In this document: piece after piece, positions 61,936-64,000 of the stretch
Layout of the letters: every line of letters starts with the position of its first letter
How positions within the stretch are numbered: the first letter of the stretch is position 1
Source of the DNA: an uncultured delta proteobacterium
GTDB lineage: Bacteria > Desulfobacterota > Binatia > Binatales > Binataceae
Reading direction: 5' to 3'
Length of the DNA: 64,000 nucleotides
Assembly (NCBI GenBank): GCA_963724765.1
Contig: CAVRVY010000001.1
Span: 832,001 to 896,000 of the forward strand
The notes under the pieces: generated by a model
Told to the model about the DNA's origin: nothing
The model's input: only the letters and a program-made list of their open reading frames with translations
Databases searched by the model: none
Program-made: the position numbers and the translations under genes

Positions 61936-62001
61936 GCGACCGCGCGCTCACTCGCGGTTGCAGAGGTGCGCCGTCACGAATCGCTTAAAGGCATTCTACA
62001 A

Positions 62002-62592
62002 ATGAAAAAAGCTACCCGCACAAGTAACAAGACTCACAACCCGCAGCTGAGAAAGATTCGCCGTGTCGTTACCGGGCACGACGCCAAGGGGCGCTCGATG
62101 ATCGCGTCCGACGCGTCGTCGCCCCACGTTATGACGCTTCGGGGTATCCCGACCTTCGGTGTGACCGAAATCTGGAAGACCGACTCCACGCCGGCCGATA
62201 ACCGCGCGGCCAAGGATCCGTGCAAGGTGCCAGTCCAGCTCGCGCCGCCCAAGCGCGGGACAATAGTACGAGTGGTCGAATTCCCGCCGGACAAGCTCTG
62301 GATTGAATCGGCCGACCGGGACCAGGCGTTTGCGTCCATGGGCAGCTCAGGCGCACAGGCGCTGGCGCACGACGCGAGCGCGAGCCGGCATCCCATGATG
62401 CATCGGACGCAAACGGTTGATTACGCGATCGTGCTTTCGGGCGAGATCTGGGCGCTGATGGATCGCGACGAAACAAAGATGAAGGCCGGCGACATTCTCG
62501 TCCAACGAGGCACCAATCATGCCTGGTCAAATCGTTCGACCAAGCCGTGCCTTATAGCCTTTGTCCTGATCGACGCGAAGCCTCTGAAATAG
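62002..62592 (+). CDS. Cupin domain protein
   Basis: IRRVVTGHDAKG, MHRTQTVDY and VQRGTNHAWSN motifs. Confidence 0.9.
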   Translation: MKKATRTSNKTHNPQLRKIRRVVTGHDAKGRSMIASDASSPHVMTLRGIPTFGVTEIWKTDSTPADNRAAKDPCKVPVQLAPPKRGTIVRVVEFPPDKLWIESADRDQAFASMGSSGAQALAHDASASRHPMMHRTQTVDYAIVLSGEIWALMDRDETKMKAGDILVQRGTNHAWSNRSTKPCLIAFVLIDAKPLK

Positions 62593-62694
62593 GACTCGCC
62601 CGTAAAAGGCCGCGCCAGGGCGCACTCGAGATCGCCGATGCCGGCGCGTACCCATCCGTGTCGCGAAGGATGAACGCTATGGGTATGCGCGAAC

Positions 62695-63558
62695 TCAATA
62701 TCCGCCCAAGTGCTTCCGCAGCTCGAAGACCTGATCTTTTAGCTTCTGGATATAGCCCTGCTGTTCCTGGATCTGCTTCTGAAGCTCGAATTGCGGCTGC
62801 TCCGTCTCATAGGAGGGGGCGCCGGCGGGCTTGGAGGAATCGCTTGCGGCCGCGATGGTGTCGCTGATCGTGCAATTCGCGAGCCGGACCTCGGCTTCAA
62901 CGCACTTCTGCAGGCTCGAGCGTTCCGCCAGCAGGTGCGCGATCTCGGTTTGTTGCGCGGCCAGTTGGCTTTTGAGTTGCGCCTGCTGGCGCCGTGTTTC
63001 CAAATGCTCCTTGACTGCCATGTAGGTCCCGACCGCACCCGCGCCGGCCGGGCCGCCGACCATCATCCCCGTGGTGCCGCCGGAGACCAAGCCGCCGGCC
63101 ACGCCGCCGAGCAGTCCACCGGCCGCCACCGCAGCGGCGCGATCGAGGACGCCGGGCGCCTTGCGCATCGCGCATTCGACCGTTTGTCCCTGGTGCAGTT
63201 CGACCACTTCACCGGTCACCGTCACGATTGTGCCAACGATGTTCTGCTCCGTTTGCACTTTGATCACCGCGTCAGCCTCGTCAGGGTACTTCTCCATCGC
63301 CAGCGCCCGCAGCTTGGTCGCCATCTGCACCCCGTCGTTGTCCATCGCGGCGTCGGTGAAGGGCTCAGTGAAAGTCACACTGCCGAGATCGTGGTAACAT
63401 TCGCTGGGCACGTCCTGGGCGGAGACATAGATGAAGCGGTCCGGAGCGCGCGCGGGCACTTGCGGCGCTGCGGATGGTTGTTGAGCGGAGCAGGCGCACG
63501 CCATCACGGCCGTCGCCAGGAACAGCAATCGCAACGGCGCAACTATGGGCACTTGCAA
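62695..63558 (-). CDS. Putative lipoprotein with glycine-zipper segment and coiled coils
   Basis: Hydrophobic leader ending MACAC, a GGLLGGVAGGLVSGG..GGPAGAGAVG stretch, and Q/E/K-rich heptads. Confidence 0.7.
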   Translation of the reverse strand: MQVPIVAPLRLLFLATAVMACACSAQQPSAAPQVPARAPDRFIYVSAQDVPSECYHDLGSVTFTEPFTDAAMDNDGVQMATKLRALAMEKYPDEADAVIKVQTEQNIVGTIVTVTGEVVELHQGQTVECAMRKAPGVLDRAAAVAAGGLLGGVAGGLVSGGTTGMMVGGPAGAGAVGTYMAVKEHLETRRQQAQLKSQLAAQQTEIAHLLAERSSLQKCVEAEVRLANCTISDTIAAASDSSKPAGAPSYETEQPQFELQKQIQEQQGYIQKLKDQVFELRKHLGGY

Positions 63559-63644
63559 GCTCTCGCAACTCCCGTCAGCGGATTGACCCGGACATTATTA
63601 TCGCCGGTGAGCGAGCGAGCCAAACGAAGCGCTCAACATGCGAA

Positions 63645-64000
63645 TCAACCCCATACGCGGCGGGCGACTTCGACGACCAACGTGAGCTTGCGCTCCTGCA
63701 TCGCGGGCTCGACCGGGTTGCCCTTGATTCCCGACGCGAAGCCGCACTGGGTCGAGAGCGCGAGCTGATCGCGCGGGAAAAAGCGCGCAGCCTCTTCGAT
63801 ACGCCCGACCAGCTCATCGGCCGACTCGAGCACGTTGCGCTTGGTTGTCACCAGGCCGAGCACGACGCGCTTGTCGCGCGGCACGTCGGCCAGCGGCTCG
63901 AAGGAGCCCGAGCGCGAGTCGTCGTACTCGAGCAGGAATTCGTCATAGCCGCGCGCGCGCTGGAACACCTCGCGCGCGATCGAGTCGTAGCCACCGCAGG
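63645..64000 (-). CDS. Cobalamin-independent methionine synthase II family protein, C-terminal part (5' truncated)
   Basis: LEYDDSRSGSFEPL, VVLGLVTTK, LSTQCGFAS and VARRVWG motifs. Confidence 0.9.
   Translation of the reverse strand, partial: CGGYDSIAREVFQRARGYDEFLLEYDDSRSGSFEPLADVPRDKRVVLGLVTTKRNVLESADELVGRIEEAARFFPRDQLALSTQCGFASGIKGNPVEPAMQERKLTLVVEVARRVWG

Overview
High-GC bacterial chromosomal window. The 16S rRNA and gene content suggest a deep-branching Deltaproteobacteria-like lineage such as Ca. Binatota, which is inference and not database-checked. Left to right: the 3' end of clpB; an MFS transporter; a cupredoxin, cytochrome c and CzcCBA-like efflux cluster; an SMP-30 lactonase ending in a 33-bp tandem array; a peroxiredoxin with an in-frame TGA at its catalytic residue and a SECIS-like hairpin (a probable selenoprotein missed by the ORF track); a CoA-transferase; hopanoid genes hpnJ and hpnI; two paralogous secreted proteins; ArnT-like GT, flippase-like and ggt genes; and a USP/Hsp20/LonC-like/pncB stress block. 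A ~23-kb region (27.4-50.5 kb) holds 11 GT-C-type membrane proteins: 3 of one family on + and 8 of a second family on -, plus a methyltransferase. Three adjacent copies of the second family are decayed. In one, a ~300-bp stretch is broken into six pieces that are shuffled and mostly inverted. The window ends with a DAHP synthase, an RskA-like protein, an MFS remnant, a complete rRNA operon (16S-Ile-Ala-23S-5S) and small metabolic genes. No integrase, transposase or CRISPR array was seen.
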